Source: Monocercomonoides exilis PA203 (lineage: Eukaryota; Protista; Preaxostyla). From it: a stretch of DNA of 64,000 bases. The notes beneath the pieces were generated by a model. That model was not told where the DNA came from. It searched no databases and worked only from the letters and a program-made list of their open reading frames with translations. The stretch is from positions 992,001-1,056,000 of the forward strand of contig LSRY02000028.1 of NCBI GenBank assembly GCA_001643675.2, given 5' to 3'. The translations under genes were made by a program, and so were the position numbers. Each line of letters begins with the position of its first letter. The stretch's first letter is position 1. This document shows positions 63,301 to 64,000 of the stretch, piece by piece.

Positions 63301-64000
63301 GATTTACCTTCAATTAGGCCTTTAACTGACATGAATGATGAACATTTAAGCAGAAAACTATCATCTCATTCAGAAGCTCTTCGTCAGTTCAATGACAAAG
63401 TTGAAGAAGGCAAGTGCAATGAAAGTGTATGCGATTGTGTTGAAGACTTCAAAAAAGTGAAAATAAAAATGAAGAAAAAGAACACAATGAAAAAATTTAA
63501 AGAGAAAAAAAGGAAGAACTCTTATTTTGGTGAAAGTCAAGTCTCTGAGGAAGATGAATGTTACAAAGAGATTGAAAGAGAAAACACATTTGAAACACAC
63601 AAAAAGAGGAGAAATTTGTTTGATTTTAGCAATGATTCAATGACTTTGGGGGACGAACAAGAGAATCTTCAAACAAATTGTGCAGATTTAGAAGCGAATG
63701 ATTTTGGAGACTATGAAAAGAATCTGGCTGAAATGTGTGATGCAATTGGGAGTTATTTGAAGGGAAAAAAGAACTTGAAGCAACTTTATGGCAGTGTTGT
63801 ATTGTCTAAATATGATCATGTTTGGAGCAACACTCAAAAAAAGGAAAGAGAAAGAAAGAAAAACATTCAAAAAATAGAAGACAAAAAAGCAGAGGAAGCA
63901 AAAGAGAAAGAAGAGAAAGGAATTGTAAAAGACGATTTGTCTTCTGAAAAGACAAAAATTGATTCCAGACAATTTATGCTGATTGACTGGGGGTTGAGTG
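60328..64000 (+). CDS. CDC7: CDC7-like Ser/Thr kinase with very large inserts; exact start uncertain, 3' end outside the window
   Basis: IGSGTFSVVFEA (subdomain I), YALKMFLPSTSSFKRIGREFRIL (II-III; cf. CDC7 [22 protein letters not shown]) and LSLDSIRSFMSLLLSALALSHENGI|IHRDIKPDNIL across intron 62905-63090. FMLIDWGLS is in frame at the window end. Confidence 0.7.

Noticed and set aside
60406-64000. Casein kinase 2 alpha assignment because of DWG
   Set aside because: It lacks the CK2 GRGKYSEV loop and the basic KKKKIKRE cluster. GTFSxV and LPxTSSxxRIxxE fit CDC7 better.

Overview
This is eukaryotic, intron-rich, gene-dense DNA with very AT-rich introns and spacers and proteins carrying long Ser/Glu-rich low-complexity inserts. 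The style of the gene families suggests a metamonad protist of the oxymonad (Monocercomonoides-like) type; that assignment is inference. I reconstructed 12 spliced or unspliced genes by hand. (1) A giant WD40 protein, >4,200 aa, WDR87/WDR97-like, which joins three ORF-track entries and runs off the left edge. (2) A divergent SLC12A9-like cation-chloride cotransporter. (3) A 990-aa single-pass beta-helix surface protein. (4) MSH2, apparently without domain I. (5) A Ubc6/UBE2J-type E2 without a membrane anchor. (6) A hypothetical helical protein. (7) A charged-helix/ARM protein. (8) YJU2. (9) A ~4,050-aa receptor with 8 Cys-capped beta-helix modules and a catalytically dead kinase C-lobe. (10) A hypothetical membrane protein. 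(11) A 5-exon FAM183/CFAP144-like gene absent from the ORF track. (12) RPB4. A 13th gene, a CDC7-like kinase with very large inserts and a possible N-terminal BRCT, runs off the right edge. The 18.5-27 kb accessory zone holds a decayed Sola-like transposase, a cluster of MITE-like repeats and a Merlin (IS1595/ISXO2-related) transposon with perfect 30-bp TIRs. The best candidates for new biology are the receptor-pseudokinase plus kinase-less paralogue pair, the possible BRCT(Dbf4-like)-CDC7 fusion, the domain-I-less MSH2, and the unusual GTTTG...AAG intron consensus.
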